A stretch of DNA of 63,973 nucleotides, the filler included, from Folioceros fuciformis (lineage: Eukaryota): NCBI GenBank assembly GCA_049999805.1. It is 8 parts of 8 records of this genome, joined end to end, with 100 filler letters (N's around TTAATTAATTAA, not from the genome) between each part and the next. Parts side by side here need not be neighbours in the genome. Positions count along the whole stretch, not along the records: positions 31,937 to 47,859 come from JBNGIO010002853.1; positions 47,960 to 56,305 come from JBNGIO010002854.1; 6 more parts are not named here. One strand, given 5' to 3'. The notes beneath the pieces were generated by a model, which ran no database searches, was not told the origin of the DNA, and was given only the letters and a program-made list of their open reading frames with translations. How positions within the stretch are numbered: the stretch's first letter is position 1; each line of letters starts with the position of its first letter. Positions 36,005 to 48,361 of this stretch are shown here, one piece after another. The translations under genes and the position numbers were made by a program.

Positions 36005-39000
36005 ATGAAGATGCTTGGAGATGGTTGAGAGGCATCGCGGACCCGTGTAGCCAATCTAATTTGCTTTTGCAGCAGACTTCAGCTGAGGACTCTGAATCAT
36101 GGTTTGGTTGGATTGAGGAAATCTTCGTAGTCTCCTTGCTGAGATCCAAACGGAGCCTTGGGCTGTAGGGATCTGACTGATGCACCTGTAATGGCCAGAT
36201 TGGGAGATCACAGAAGTGTACAGCTATGGAGCAGGATTACGGTCTCTCTTATCCATCGTTGGCCTCTCACAATTCTGTAACCTCAGATTCCTCAGTCTGC
36301 ATGGCAACCAGCTAGAGCGAATCGAGGGGCTAGATGCGCTGAAAGGCTTGGAAGAGCTCAACTTGTCGTCGAACAACATTTCTAAGATGGAGGGCCTTTC
36401 GGAATTGACCGCCCTCAAGGTGCTAAATCTGTCCAGCAACCGTCTGACAGAGATTGGGGGTCTTCAAGCACTTGTGGCACTCACCAAGCTGGTCCTGTCC
36501 CACAACCGCATTGTTTTGCTTGGTGGTCTGTCTGCCCTGCATGGACCAAGGTATTTCGGTTCCTCATTCTCGGCATTCTCGGAAATTCTCCTTCATGACG
36601 AGGTAAAGGATGTCAGGTGCAAGCATGGAGACACGTTCAACGGCGGTGTTGCTTGTGGCTTGCGTGTGTGCAGATATTCAATTCAACATTTGGATCTTCG
36701 TGACAACCTTGTATGCGCATTATCAGAGCTATGGGTGCTTGCTGGTTGCATGAATCTGCGGGAATTGATCCTGGCCATAGGCAAGCATCAGAATCCCGTG
36801 TGTCAAACAATGGACTACCAGCGCTCGGTTATTGCCGCTCTGCCCCATCTACAGAGTCTCGATGGTCAATTGCTGCCATCCAGACCAATTGCTGAGCCAT
36901 TCCAGACTGTCTCCGCCAGCATATCAGGCATCCCCCACTATCGCCCAGGGGTGTACTATCAGCAACTGCCACCACAAGCAGTGCAATCCGATCCCTCTGG
37001 TCACTTTCCGCATCAGCCTCCGCTCGAGCCCGTCACCCAGCTCCATGTGCCATCTTCAGCGCCGAATCCACCTCAAGGAATGGCAATGGCTCCTCAGATG
37101 CAGGCTCACTTGACAGCCAACGGCCATGTTCCTCTCAATCTAGTCCGGCTTCCCGAGAATTCCATGGGACAGCCTATCCAGGGCCAGAAGCAGCAGGCAT
37201 TTCCCACCCAGCCGCCAACTCAGAGGAGCGGCCCATGGACTCCAGCGAATGTTGTTGTTGAACAACCAGAACAACTGTTGAAGGGACACCAGCCGCATGT
37301 CAGCTGGCCTGATCAAGCTTTCTCTCAGCAACAGAGCCAACCAGTCTACCTTGCTCCAGCTCTGCATGCTGAGGCACAGATCAGCCAACCCTCCGCATGC
37401 TGGCAAGCCTTGCAAGCCCAAAGGATGGCGCCCACTGGAAGGGGGATTGGTGCTTGCGAAGACTCAGGCTGGGTGCCCATTCCTTATGTTGATCGTGCTC
37501 TCAATGGCTTTCATCGAAGAAAGCAACATCGGCGACCTTTCGCCTACGAGAGCAGAGAAGATGATGAGACGAGTGCCGCCCGCACAGAGAAAGGTGAAGA
37601 GAGAATTGGTTTGCTCGAGTCACGAGTTCTAGACCTTGTTGAGCAGCTAGCGAAGGCCAAAATCCAGGGTTCGAGGTATAGCCCACCAAAAGGCGGGCAC
37701 CATGTTTCTGTCGGCACAGACAGCAAAACAGAAAGGGGGCAACCCAAAAATTGGAAGCATAGCAGTGGTGCTCGGCGGAGTAGAGAGGAAATTGCTGTTT
37801 GTACCGGAAATGATTCTGCGAAAGGCAAAAGGTGTTTTGAGGTTGCAGGCCGGAGCTGTCTCCCTAGGAAGAGATCCTTAGATTCTGTCGTTGACAAAAC
37901 CGGAAAAATTCTGGTATTCAGCTTCCCCGGAACTTTCCATCCGTAATGTTCATGGTGGGGCTGAACAGGCAGGCAGGCGAGATCTGATGCTTGGATCTGA
38001 AATTAGGGATTTTGTGGTTGGTCGGTCGATCTTATGTTTCCGCTGTTTAATTTGCAGACGTCTGACGATGAGTGGGGTGGTGCGACAATGGACTCAGGTA
38101 CTCAGACCATTTTACAGACTGGACCGAGCTTAGATCGAATGTGTCAAGAGGTCAGCCTGAGTGCGGGCTCACTGTATCCTGCTGTGAGGTGACTGAGCAT
38201 TGGGGGTCTTTCTGACAGTCTGGTGTGGACGGTTATTATTGCCATTTCGAATGACACGAAGTGGGTGAGAGTGCAGATCCATCAGCTGCAGAGTCAGTTA
38301 GCAAGCTTGGCTGCACAGCCTTCAACCAAGGTTGGAGGACAAGGAGGTCCAGCGGAGTTGATGGACATGCTGAATGATGCCCGAGTGACACATCACAGGG
38401 CCAGGCAGAATCACTCAGAAGGGCATGTCAACACCATTGAACTCGACAGGGAACGCAGGCATCAGGCTGACACCGCGAAGAATGCAGTGATTGCCGAGCT
38501 TCAGCTACGACTGGAGGTTACTTTTTCGTCTCTCTCGACCTCTTTTATGAGTTAGAATCCAGCAGGATAGGCCAATTACAGTAGATCGCTGGATCGCTGA
38601 TCGCAGGTGGAAAGCTGGTCCCAAGTCTTGTAGATTCGCTATGTGATAGCCATGCTGATGACTGATTTGGGTGCAGGGCAAATGTGCAGAGATAGATCGA
38701 CTAAAGGATTCTCTTGCACGGATGGAAGCGATTGTAGCGGACAAGCATCAAACAACTGCAACCACGGAAAATACAGAGCTCCTTGCTGCCCGATCAGAGC
38801 TACTCTCATTGAAGCAAGACCTGGTCGTAGCAAATCGGCTACATGAGGTGGCGTTTGTTGTTTAACTAGCGGTATTGCAAGGAACGTCCTGTTGCTGCTG
38901 TCTGACAAGTTTGAGACTGTCCATCAGAATGCAGAAAGGACTTTAAAGGATTTGGCAGCTGAAGTGGCCTCCTTGAAGGTGTCTGCAGCTGCTCAGGAAA

Positions 39001-41843
39001 AAGCTTTGGATGAAGAACGTGCATTGCTGAAAGTTGCTGAGCGTGACCTGGTACATTCATTTCCCTGTCGATTTCCGGTGCAAACTAATGAAAAGAATCT
39101 CAACTGCTTCTTAGCGTTAGTATGCAGTAGGTGCCATACCACGGTCGTCCGCTATGGCCAAGAAGGCAAAAGATATTGTAGTGGCGAAAGCCTGTAGCTA
39201 GGCAAAGAATGCACTGTGCTCAATAGTCTTTTACATAACATCAAACAGGAGGTATGCAGGCTCAAAGAAGCAGCAGCAAGGAAAGAGATCAAGCATCTGC
39301 TTAATCGGACAGACGGATTCAGAATAGAACAGCAAAAGCAGCTTGAGCATGTGAAAGTGTGAGTACCGGTGCAGCTTAGAGTAGTGAAGGACATAACGTT
39401 GAATCTTGCTTACCACCTTTGACAATGTGATCAAGGGACCTGAGGTAACGAAATGATGGATCCAACATTTCACGATGTTGATTTGGTGAGATCACGCTGA
39501 AGTCCGTCTTGTGCTGTGTTCAGATCTTGTCAAGAGCAAGCACGGGAGCAATTGTCCCGTGAGCTGGCAGCTGCTGAGTTGAAGTCAAAAACTGCTGCAG
39601 ACAAGGCAATTAACTCCCTGAGAGATCATCTGCAAGCGAAGCTTTACAATGTGGAGAACGAGCTGCGTCAGGCTTTGCAAGGTTAGATTGCCATTTGACC
39701 TGGTGACAAGGTGGCGGATAGGAAGATAGTTGGAAGCGGGCCCTCTTGCCTTCCCTGGGAACGGGCAAGATGCAGAAGAAAGGAGGACGCTTATCTAATG
39801 AGTTCCAGTCATGGGCGAATTGTTGGCCAGATAAGGCTTCCATCAGTCAGCAAATGAGTAGTATTCAGGAGAGCGCGTCCAAGGAGGCTCTAGAGTTGAA
39901 GCAGGCTCTCAAGACTATCCTGACGAAGGTTGAGACTAGCCTGAGTCAATGTAATCTTTACACTTTTTAAAAGATCAACCTGTTTGTATCCACTGTACCA
40001 TTGCTTGCTTTTCAACAATGGGTGTGAACCTAACTAAACTATGCTGGCAGGAACGTCGCGCTGAGGCTTTGGTGGGAGAGCTTACAGGGGTTGTCCAGTC
40101 ACAGGTTTGCTCACCATGAAAGCCAGCTTATTGTGAACACCGTATTTGAGGACAGGGTAAGTAGGAGCTCAATAGGCATAACAATATTTTATCTGATTTT
40201 GGTCATGAAACAGAAACTGAAGCTGCAATCGGTTCATCAAGAGCTCAAAGAGCTGCCTATTGCTCAAGAGGTGGTGAACGGTTTTCTCTAACCTTGTGGG
40301 TACAAACTTTTAGATCAGTATAGATCTAATGAATAACATGTCTTCAGGAGCTTAGAGAATTGCGGAATGAAGTGAGTGCACTACGGTTGAAAGCCAGCAA
40401 GTCTGAGGATCTGGCAAGGGAGCTGGAAGGTCTCAAGTGTAAAGTAGCCGAAGCTAGTCTGTTAGCTCAAACAGAAACAGATAATGTGGTGAAGGAACAA
40501 AGGCTGCAACTTGAATCCTTGAAAGAGGAGAAAAACAGATTAGCGAGTGAGGCCGCTTCATGCCTTGAGAAGTTTCAGGTGGCAGAGGATGCTATTCGGG
40601 TAAGTGTAATGTGTCGCATTCAGGATTTCGACAGCCTTATGACATCGCTTCTGCTGGAGATTCTTATGGCATGGTCTACAGATAAAAAGCAAGATGCTAG
40701 ACAGTCAGAATGAGACAATCAAAGAGTTGAAGTTAGAGTTGAAGGAAGCACGCAGAGAAATAAAAACCGTTGCGGACACAGTTGATGCAAAATGGCATGA
40801 GAGGATGCGGGATGACCTTGAACAGGTACTACGGCACCTTTTCTTGGGCAACTCCTTGGGTATCACAGCTGTCCAACAGCTTGAACCCAGATATTTGCAA
40901 TGCAGGGGATTGTCCTTCGGAAGGATCTTGCTGTCCAAGAACGAACCATTTATGAGTTGGAGAGGCAGCTGAAGCTGGAGAAATCTACGGTGAAAACTTT
41001 GGAACACGCAAACTCCTCAGTGCAGAGGAAACTAGCTGAGAAAGATAGTATGCTGAGGTAAGAACTGTTCAATGCTCGCAAAAGCACCACCAGTTTCACT
41101 GCTCAATTTCGTCGGTGGTCTCGTGTCATCATCTCCAACGTTTTTGTATTAGTACGGACATAACCACGGTAGTCATCCAGGTACGTCGAGGAAGAAATTG
41201 CCCGAGTAAAGAGCATGTTCGAAAGCAGAGAGAAAGCTCTTGCCGCAGAACGAGACTCTTTGTTGGAACAGTTGAAGCAGGCAGCGAAGGTTCTAAGACC
41301 ATCCCATCCTGGATGAGACAAACTAGGAGGCGTGGAAGTTAATGATGTGTTGTGCACTGCTAAATGCAGGAAAAAGATGATGCCGTTGCCAAGGTGGTAG
41401 CTGAAACACAGCTCCAACAGAAAGAGCTGTTTGATTTGAATCGGACCTTGGAGGTACTGAGATCCGTGGTTAAGAAAGTGTTTGATGACAGCGCACCAAG
41501 AAGGCATCATATCACATGAGCCCATGTGCAACTGTGCATGCAGGCCCGAGAGCAGCAGATAGCATCAGTGGTAACAGCCAAGGATAAAGAGATTAGTGAG
41601 TTCTCGCGAAAGCTGATGCAGATGGAGAAGGAGCTGCATCAGCATCTTCAGGCTAAGCAGAAGTCTAAATTGCTTTCTAGTCACAAGGTGCCTGTGCTCC
41701 CTCCCACCGCCATACCACGGGTCGTTTGAATCTGAACCCGCACCTTCAGGCTCGTCGAAGATGATCCGAAATCTGTACTCGTCCCGGTGTTGCAGGTTAA
41801 TCAGCTGTGTAAAGTCCTAGAGGAATTGCGAGAAGTAACCTAA
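36005..41843 (+). CDS. Leucine-rich repeat and coiled-coil domain protein (LRRCC1/VFL1-like basal body protein), many exons
   Basis: N-terminal SDS22-like LRRs (LSLHGNQLERIEGL, LNLSSNNISKMEGL, LHGPRYSIQHLDLRDN) and an LRR cap (NPVC...YQRSVIAALPHLQSLDG). Then a P/Q-rich linker and many short coiled-coil exons, ending KDSMLRYVEEEIARVKSMF...VLEELREVT*. Confidence 0.8.
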
Positions 41844-42384
41844 CGGAAGGTAATTTAGAATGCTCCGAGCAATACACGAAATTTACATAAATAGCCTTGT
41901 GCTGGCCTTCTGTCTTTGGTGCAGCGTCGTTTAGCAGACATTTGTTACTTATCTACAGATTCTAGCTCTACTGACATCGTTCTCTGGCTGAATTTGAGAG
42001 CAGCCAAAGAAGCTGGATCAATCCACTGAAGTCTTTCTCCTTGCGGACGATTTAGAAATGTCTGACCCAATGGCCAGCTATTAGAGCAGGCAGTGGTGGA
42101 CGAATGTGCGGGACTTCGCAAATCTCACGCCCTCTGCTGCCCACGGATTAACAAAGCAGCAGAGGCAGGATATGCAGGGAGAGGCCCCGTCTCACCTCAT
42201 CCAACTGATCACAAGAAACAAAACTGAGAACCGAGTTGTCGTGTTGGCGGCTGTGGGTATCTGCAGAGATTGCTGGGTGTTGGCTCCCATATGTGCCTTG
42301 GGCTTGGTGTCGGAGATGATCCACTAAGATTGTACGCTTCAAACCTCTGACTGGGAGCTGACTGGTTTCCTGTGCGAACGCAAT

Positions 42385-43898
42385 TCAGTTCCCGCCATTT
42401 GGTGGGCCTTGCAGTGGGAAGTCCCAGAGCACGAATTCCCCTGTGCCTTCTCCATCGAAGCTATCTACATGTGTTGCAGGTTCCATACGCCCCATACCTC
42501 CCATGTCCCAGTTGTTGAAGGTCAGGCAATTAAAGAGCGCGGTGCCGGGAGGATACACTGAAGACGGGTTCAGGCTCACTCCGCCTGCAACATGAGGCTC
42601 ACTCACCTCGACCCCGAGCGCGTAGCTGGCAAAAGGCAATTCAACAGGAGCATTCTTCTCCATGTCATCGCCAAGCGAATGACCGGGCCACTGCTGAACC
42701 ATCTGCTGGCGCTGTAGCTGTAGGGAAGCATCAGAAGCGGCATCTTGGCGACGGATGAAGGCGCTGGAACGGGACAAGTTGGGCCGGTTCTCGTTCGCTG
42801 TCTCGATTCTGGGCGCCTTGGCTCTGTTGATTCCGAAGTCCTCCTGGTCGAGGAAATGGTCGTCCCCACCTGTGCTGGACGCAGATAAAGGAGATGGGAG
42901 CCCGCTGTCGTCGTAGTGCCTTGGTGGGCTCTTGTTCTTGAGACTTGCCCGGCCTGTCTCAGGTGACGGGTTGTTCCCGATACCGGACACTGCCGAGGTC
43001 GACGAGCTCAGAGGAGAGGCTGGCTCCGGGGACAGAAGTCCCTGCTGCGATTCCGTGGGCGACGCTGGCGGTGGCTGAGGCCCGTGCTGCGATTCCGTGG
43101 GCGAGGCCGGCGGTGGATGGGGCTTGGAGGAGACGCTGCACACCACCCAGGTTCCTTCTCCGTCGTCGGAACTCTGCACAACCAGCTAGGAAATGAGAAA
43201 CGGACTGTGTGAGAGGGACGGGTTCCAGCAGCTGTGATCGTATGTGAAAGGCAGAAGCTTACAATGCCAGCTCCCGCGGGACGGAACTCGTGCATGATCC
43301 AGTCCGTTTTCCCGTCGTTTTGGGGGACCTTGTTGCTTTGTTTGGCCTTGTAAAACACCAAGGTTCTGCGCTCCCCAATCTGGACGTTGTGCTTGTTCAT
43401 CACGTTGGTCGGCTTTCCCGTTGCCTTCCAAAATCCCCCTTTGGTCGATCGGTCCTGGCGTCCGGACGTCGGGTACTTCTTGCCGGAGTGGTGGAAGAAG
43501 TAGTACTCCGTCTTTTCGCCCGGGAATGCCGTCTGGCAGAGTCCTGCGTCAGCCATGGACAGACGAAGGAACGTAAGGCGTGAGCTTTGTTACTAGTGTG
43601 ATGTAGGACATGAAAGAGCAGAGCAGAGCAGATGCAGATGAGGTAAGCATGAGTGCTCACTAGGGATTTCCCCAGGCTCAACTTTGTTGAAATTAACCTC
43701 GGGGATGCAGCGTTTGTCGACGCCCTCACGCCCAGCGGCCCTGGAGGTGACGAAGACCCTCAGATACTCCATCAACTCGCGCTCGGTGGGGGCAAACCTG
43801 AGCCCCTTAATCTTGCACGCATTGAGGAGGGCAAGTAGCTCTCCCAACGGCGGCTCGTAGTCCTCCATGATGGCGTTCACGTCCATCGGAGCTGCCAT
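42385..43898 (-). CDS. NAC-domain transcription factor, 3 exons
   Basis: GLRFAPTERELM, IPEVNFNKVEP, EYYFF...GGFWKATGK, IGERRTLVFY, KTDWIMHEF and WVVC motifs with the typical two-intron layout. S/P-rich C-terminus. Confidence 0.9.
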
Positions 43899-46864
43899 CT
43901 GCCTTGGCTGATAAGCTGCGCATGACATGACATACAATACTGTCAGGGGATGGTGAGTGAGACAAGTTACCGGTGTGAAAAAGCCTTAGAAAGGCTTAGT
44001 AGCACAGGAGCTCCTGCATGGAACTTGCAAGGAAAGGAAGCCTAAGGGCCCAATTGGACAAGTTAGGCTAGGATTGTCACAGTCTGTCAAGGCATGCAAC
44101 ATGTTTCCTGCAGCTGGAGCTGGAGCTGAAGCTGGCCAGTTTGTTGCTTGGTGCAAGGAAAGCGGATGGACTGGCAGAAGCGTTGCCTAGGGCCAGGAGA
44201 CAGCCCCAGATCTCATGTCATGAACGACAAGCTTCTACCTGACCTTGCTCAAAGGACTTTGACAGCAGATGGGGCAGAGAGGGTTGCAGGCCAGGCCGCG
44301 GATTCCCTCCAGAAAGGGGATCCCGGCCGCCGTGCTTACCTTGGCTTGCAGTAACTGGAGAAGAAAGTACGAACGAGAGATTTGTGGAGGTGCAAACTTG
44401 GGGCAGGGACGTCGGGGCGGGAAGTGACGTATTAAAGAGCAGGCAGGCCTGGGGAGGAGATGTAGACTCCGAGGAGAGGAGAGCTTGGCCCTGGCAGAGG
44501 CTGCGCTCTTCCATCGGCTGAGCGTGGAGAGACAACGTGCCATAACGCACTCTGGACTGTGAGTGCGACACAGCCACCCGCTATCGACTAAGATCGCGCT
44601 TTGCTCGAAAGCAAAGAGGTGAGGCTGGTTGGAGCCTTGTTGCGGACCGGGGAATTCCAACTTATCGCCCACAGGGCCGCAGCAACGGAAGAGGAACTCC
44701 ACTCCAGATTGGAAACCCACTCGACAGGATAGACAGCAAAGCAAAACAGTGAGCTTGCCAAGACAGAAAGCAAAAGCGAGAGACACTAGCACCCTTCGCG
44801 AAACGCCTCCATACCGTTCTGAGGCGCCACGGAAATGACGAGCGCCTCCCGCATTTCCTCCAAGTTCATCTGGACCGGGCCCGGGTTGCAAGGTGCGAAG
44901 GAGGATTCGGATCTGGATTGCAGACGGCGAGGGAGAGGGAAAGAGGGACTGGAGGCAGAGGCAGGCGCAGAGAACAGATGGCAGATGGCAGAGAGCAGAG
45001 ACACAGAATTTTACGAGCGGAACCACACCACGCAATCAAATCCAGTGGAGCGGATTCCAATTGCACAGGCAGGGGTACCGGAGGCCACCATTCCACCACC
45101 TGTCTCCCAACCAAGCATGAGCAGTCAGGCGGGCAGCAGACCGTCTAGACACCGTCCTCCCTCTTTCCCTGCCTCCCTCCCTCACAAAGCAAAGCAAAGC
45201 AGCACGAGTCTCCTCCGGGAGCTTCACAAAGCAGCAATCTCCAAGGCAACCCCGCACCGTAATGTGCGCAGGTGGCGCCTCCCCCTCCTCTCCAGGACTG
45301 CAGCGAATTCGCGGTACTAATTCCAAGTTCTTATCTAGCACGCAGTCTCTACGGCAGGCAGGCAGAGAAGCAGGCAGGCAGGCAGGCAGAAGCGGGTTCA
45401 AGAAGCTGCAAGCAGAAGAAATGCGAGGCGAGGCGGGACCGAGGATGAGGACGAAGACGAGAGGACGAGAGGACGCTAAGACAACACAAGAGAAGGAGGG
45501 GAGCACAAAACCTCGGGTCTTTAAGAACCAAGGCTGTGCTGCAATCCCAAACGAGCTCCGTGAGCGGAAGAGGCTGGAGCAGGAAAGGTGTCTGGTCTGG
45601 CGAAGTAGCGCCCGCGAAGCAGCCAGGAAGCCGCCCTCCTTGCTTTCGTCGGTCACTAGAACGGAAAAGAGGGGGTGCTGGACTGGGCCAAATGGCCCGC
45701 TAGAAAGATGAAAGACGCTGGTGCCGGTTGTGGAGGCGTTGCTGGCGATGGTGATGGTGGTGCTGGATCTGGCTACCCCACCAAGGAGGGGGGTGTTTAT
45801 ACCCCAGGGGCAACCGGCTGGCCCGGTGACGTGCCATCATAGCCGGTCGTAGCGTGCTCGCAAAGCACCGCCCATTTCCCTTCCCGCCTCACTCGTCGCT
45901 CCCTTCCCGAGACCTGTGCGAGCAGCCTTGACAGCAAAGCAAGGCGCGGGTCCCGCCTTCCCGCCAGCCACTTTAGCATCCTCCATGAATGCACCTTGCG
46001 CCGCGGCCAAGCGGCGCAACCCCCCAGCTAAACTGGCCCACAAGCCCCTCCGGCCAACTGCGCCGCTAAATCAAGGGCCGCCAGTTCCACATACGCCGCC
46101 AGTTGCCACAGCCCCGGTCGGAACCGCTCACCGCGTCACCGCGCAGTGCCTGCGCCAACCGCGTCTATGTCGCATGCTGTCCGTCCGTCCGTCCGTCCGT
46201 CCCCATTGGCCGGGTCGGGCCGGGCCGGGCAGTACCGGGCCTGGGCTGCCCGGGCCCATGCCATGGCCTCAGGGCGCATGCCTTTGACAGTCGGGTCACG
46301 TCGCGTCGCGTACCACGACCCACAGCGCCACCGGCTGTAGCCCGTCCACGCCGTGTACGCGGAGGCGCACACGCGTGTGCCGTACAGCCGGGAGTTTTGT
46401 CCAATGTCCCGACTCCCACTCTTTTCCTCCTCTTCGTCCCGGCATGCAGCATATGCATGCTCATACGATATCCACACACAGCCCCGCCCACCGGGGGCGA
46501 CGGGGAATCGCCCGGAGCACGCTGACTCCGGACGACTTCCGGTCTTGTCAGTCTCCCGTGGTCTCCTCGGTCTTCCGGTCGCCCCTTTGCGTGCGAAACA
46601 TACATTTTCTATTCATATCACGCGATGCCGTTCGTGGCCACAACACCAGATTCTGTTTCGCCTTTGAGGCATACGATTCATATCCTCGTACTTCCCTCCC
46701 TATACAGGATCAGTTCCTCCGTACCGTAAATTCTTCACTAAAGATAACAACATGACATAGTAATCACCATCCTACAAAAACAATTTCCATCTCTCCCACC
46801 TTGGGTTTCTCAATCCAGGTGCAGGCTGACAGGGAACCCAAGTCTGCGTGTGGTGACGTGGCGC

Positions 46865-46963
46865 ACATACAAACACACACACACACATACATACATACAT
46901 ACATACATACATACATACATACATACATACATACATACATACATACATACATACATACATACA
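46865..46963. repeat. (CA)n + (TACA)n microsatellite
   Basis: Directly visible. Confidence 0.95.
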
Positions 46964-47959
46964 GTAAGGCGTCCTATCCCCCACTGAGGGGCCACATCCA
47001 CATCCACCTCGAGTGGCGAATTCCGGCGTGCCGTGTCCCGTCCAGAAGCCGTTAGTGGCGCAAACATCGGAGAAATTGTGACTGGCGAAACTCGCTTGAC
47101 AGCCGAACGACGGCGACAGACCACGTGTGGTTGGGTTGCTGCGCTTGGCCTTCTTCTGTCCGATTCGAGCAACACGGAATAGACGGCACATGAACCCTAA
47201 ACTGTAGACGGCAGCAAACCGGGTTGGAGTTAACCGGAGGGAGGGAGGGAGGGAGGAAAGAAGGGTTGGGAGACTTAAGCTCCCCCGGGCAGTGTGACCT
47301 GGACCAGGCTCTTAGTACTGTGATATGTTTTCTAATATTGAAAAAGAGGGAAAATTTTAGTACTGCGCAACAACATCAATAGCCAGGACAACAGCAGCAC
47401 GAACAGCAGAGACCCCGAGCAAAGGCCACAAGGAATACTGAGTCCCATGTTGGAATATATTCTCAAAACTACCAAAATTGGGGCCCACGCAATGGAACGT
47501 GAACCTGGTGGCATCGCGGAAGCCGCTCGCACGTGGGCAGGATGGACAGGATGGACAGGATGGACAGGAGGGAGTAAATTAAAAAAACTATAACAGATCC
47601 TGGCATCGACTCCCGCCCTTCTTGGAGCGATACAGATAGCCGCATTCCGTCTCGAAGCAACCCGGCAGCCGGAGCCGCCCGGAAAGAGAAGAAAAAGGCG
47701 GCGGGCATCGCCGGAAAGAAACGGGCACTCCCGGGCCACCGCGGGAAAGAGAAGAGGAGGCCGGAAAGAAGGGGCGGAACGAAGACAGGCGGAGCCTGAG
47801 GAACCGGAACGGAGGAGGGGAGGAGACCATTGGTAGTCAGTGGCCACGCATGGCGGGGTNNNNNNNNNNNNNNNNNNNNNNNNNNNNNNNNNNNNNNNNN
47901 NNNTTAATTAATTAANNNNNNNNNNNNNNNNNNNNNNNNNNNNNNNNNNNNNNNNNNNN

Positions 47960-48361
47960 CCGACGCTCAGGAGGGGGAGAAGGTGCTGCCTCATAATCAT
48001 TATCTATAGCAGCATCAGCCATATCTGCAGGCTCTGCAGCAGCATCTGCAAGATCTTCAATAGCTGCAGGAGCTTCATGTAAAATCCCATGATCAAATTC
48101 AGGATGTGGCTCCTGTATACTATCAGCAGCTGATACTATCTCCTCAACAGGTTCAGCTGCAAGTGTAGCTGGTTCAGCTGTATCTTCCCCACCTACAGGA
48201 GCATCATCCTCATGGGGAGAATCTTCAAAGTGTGAGACATCTGGGGAGACCCCACCGTGCTGTGAAGCTCCCACTGCCCAAGGAACTTTTTCATTAAAGG
48301 TAACACTCCTAGAGTAAACTACCTTGTCCTTAGAGACATTGTAAAGTTTATAAGCCTTTAT
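47960..48361 (-). mobile_element. Copia pol fragment (post-integrase region), interrupted by the next element
   Basis: Minus-strand KAYKLYNVSKDKVVYSRSVTFNE followed by an acidic linker. Confidence 0.75.

Noticed and set aside
46764-47191. ORFs with MYVC/TYIH repeats
   Set aside because: Translation of the (TACA)n microsatellite.
47296-47312. GGACCAGGCT match to the miR166 seed region
   Set aside because: Only 10 nt match, the rest diverges, and no hairpin partner was seen.
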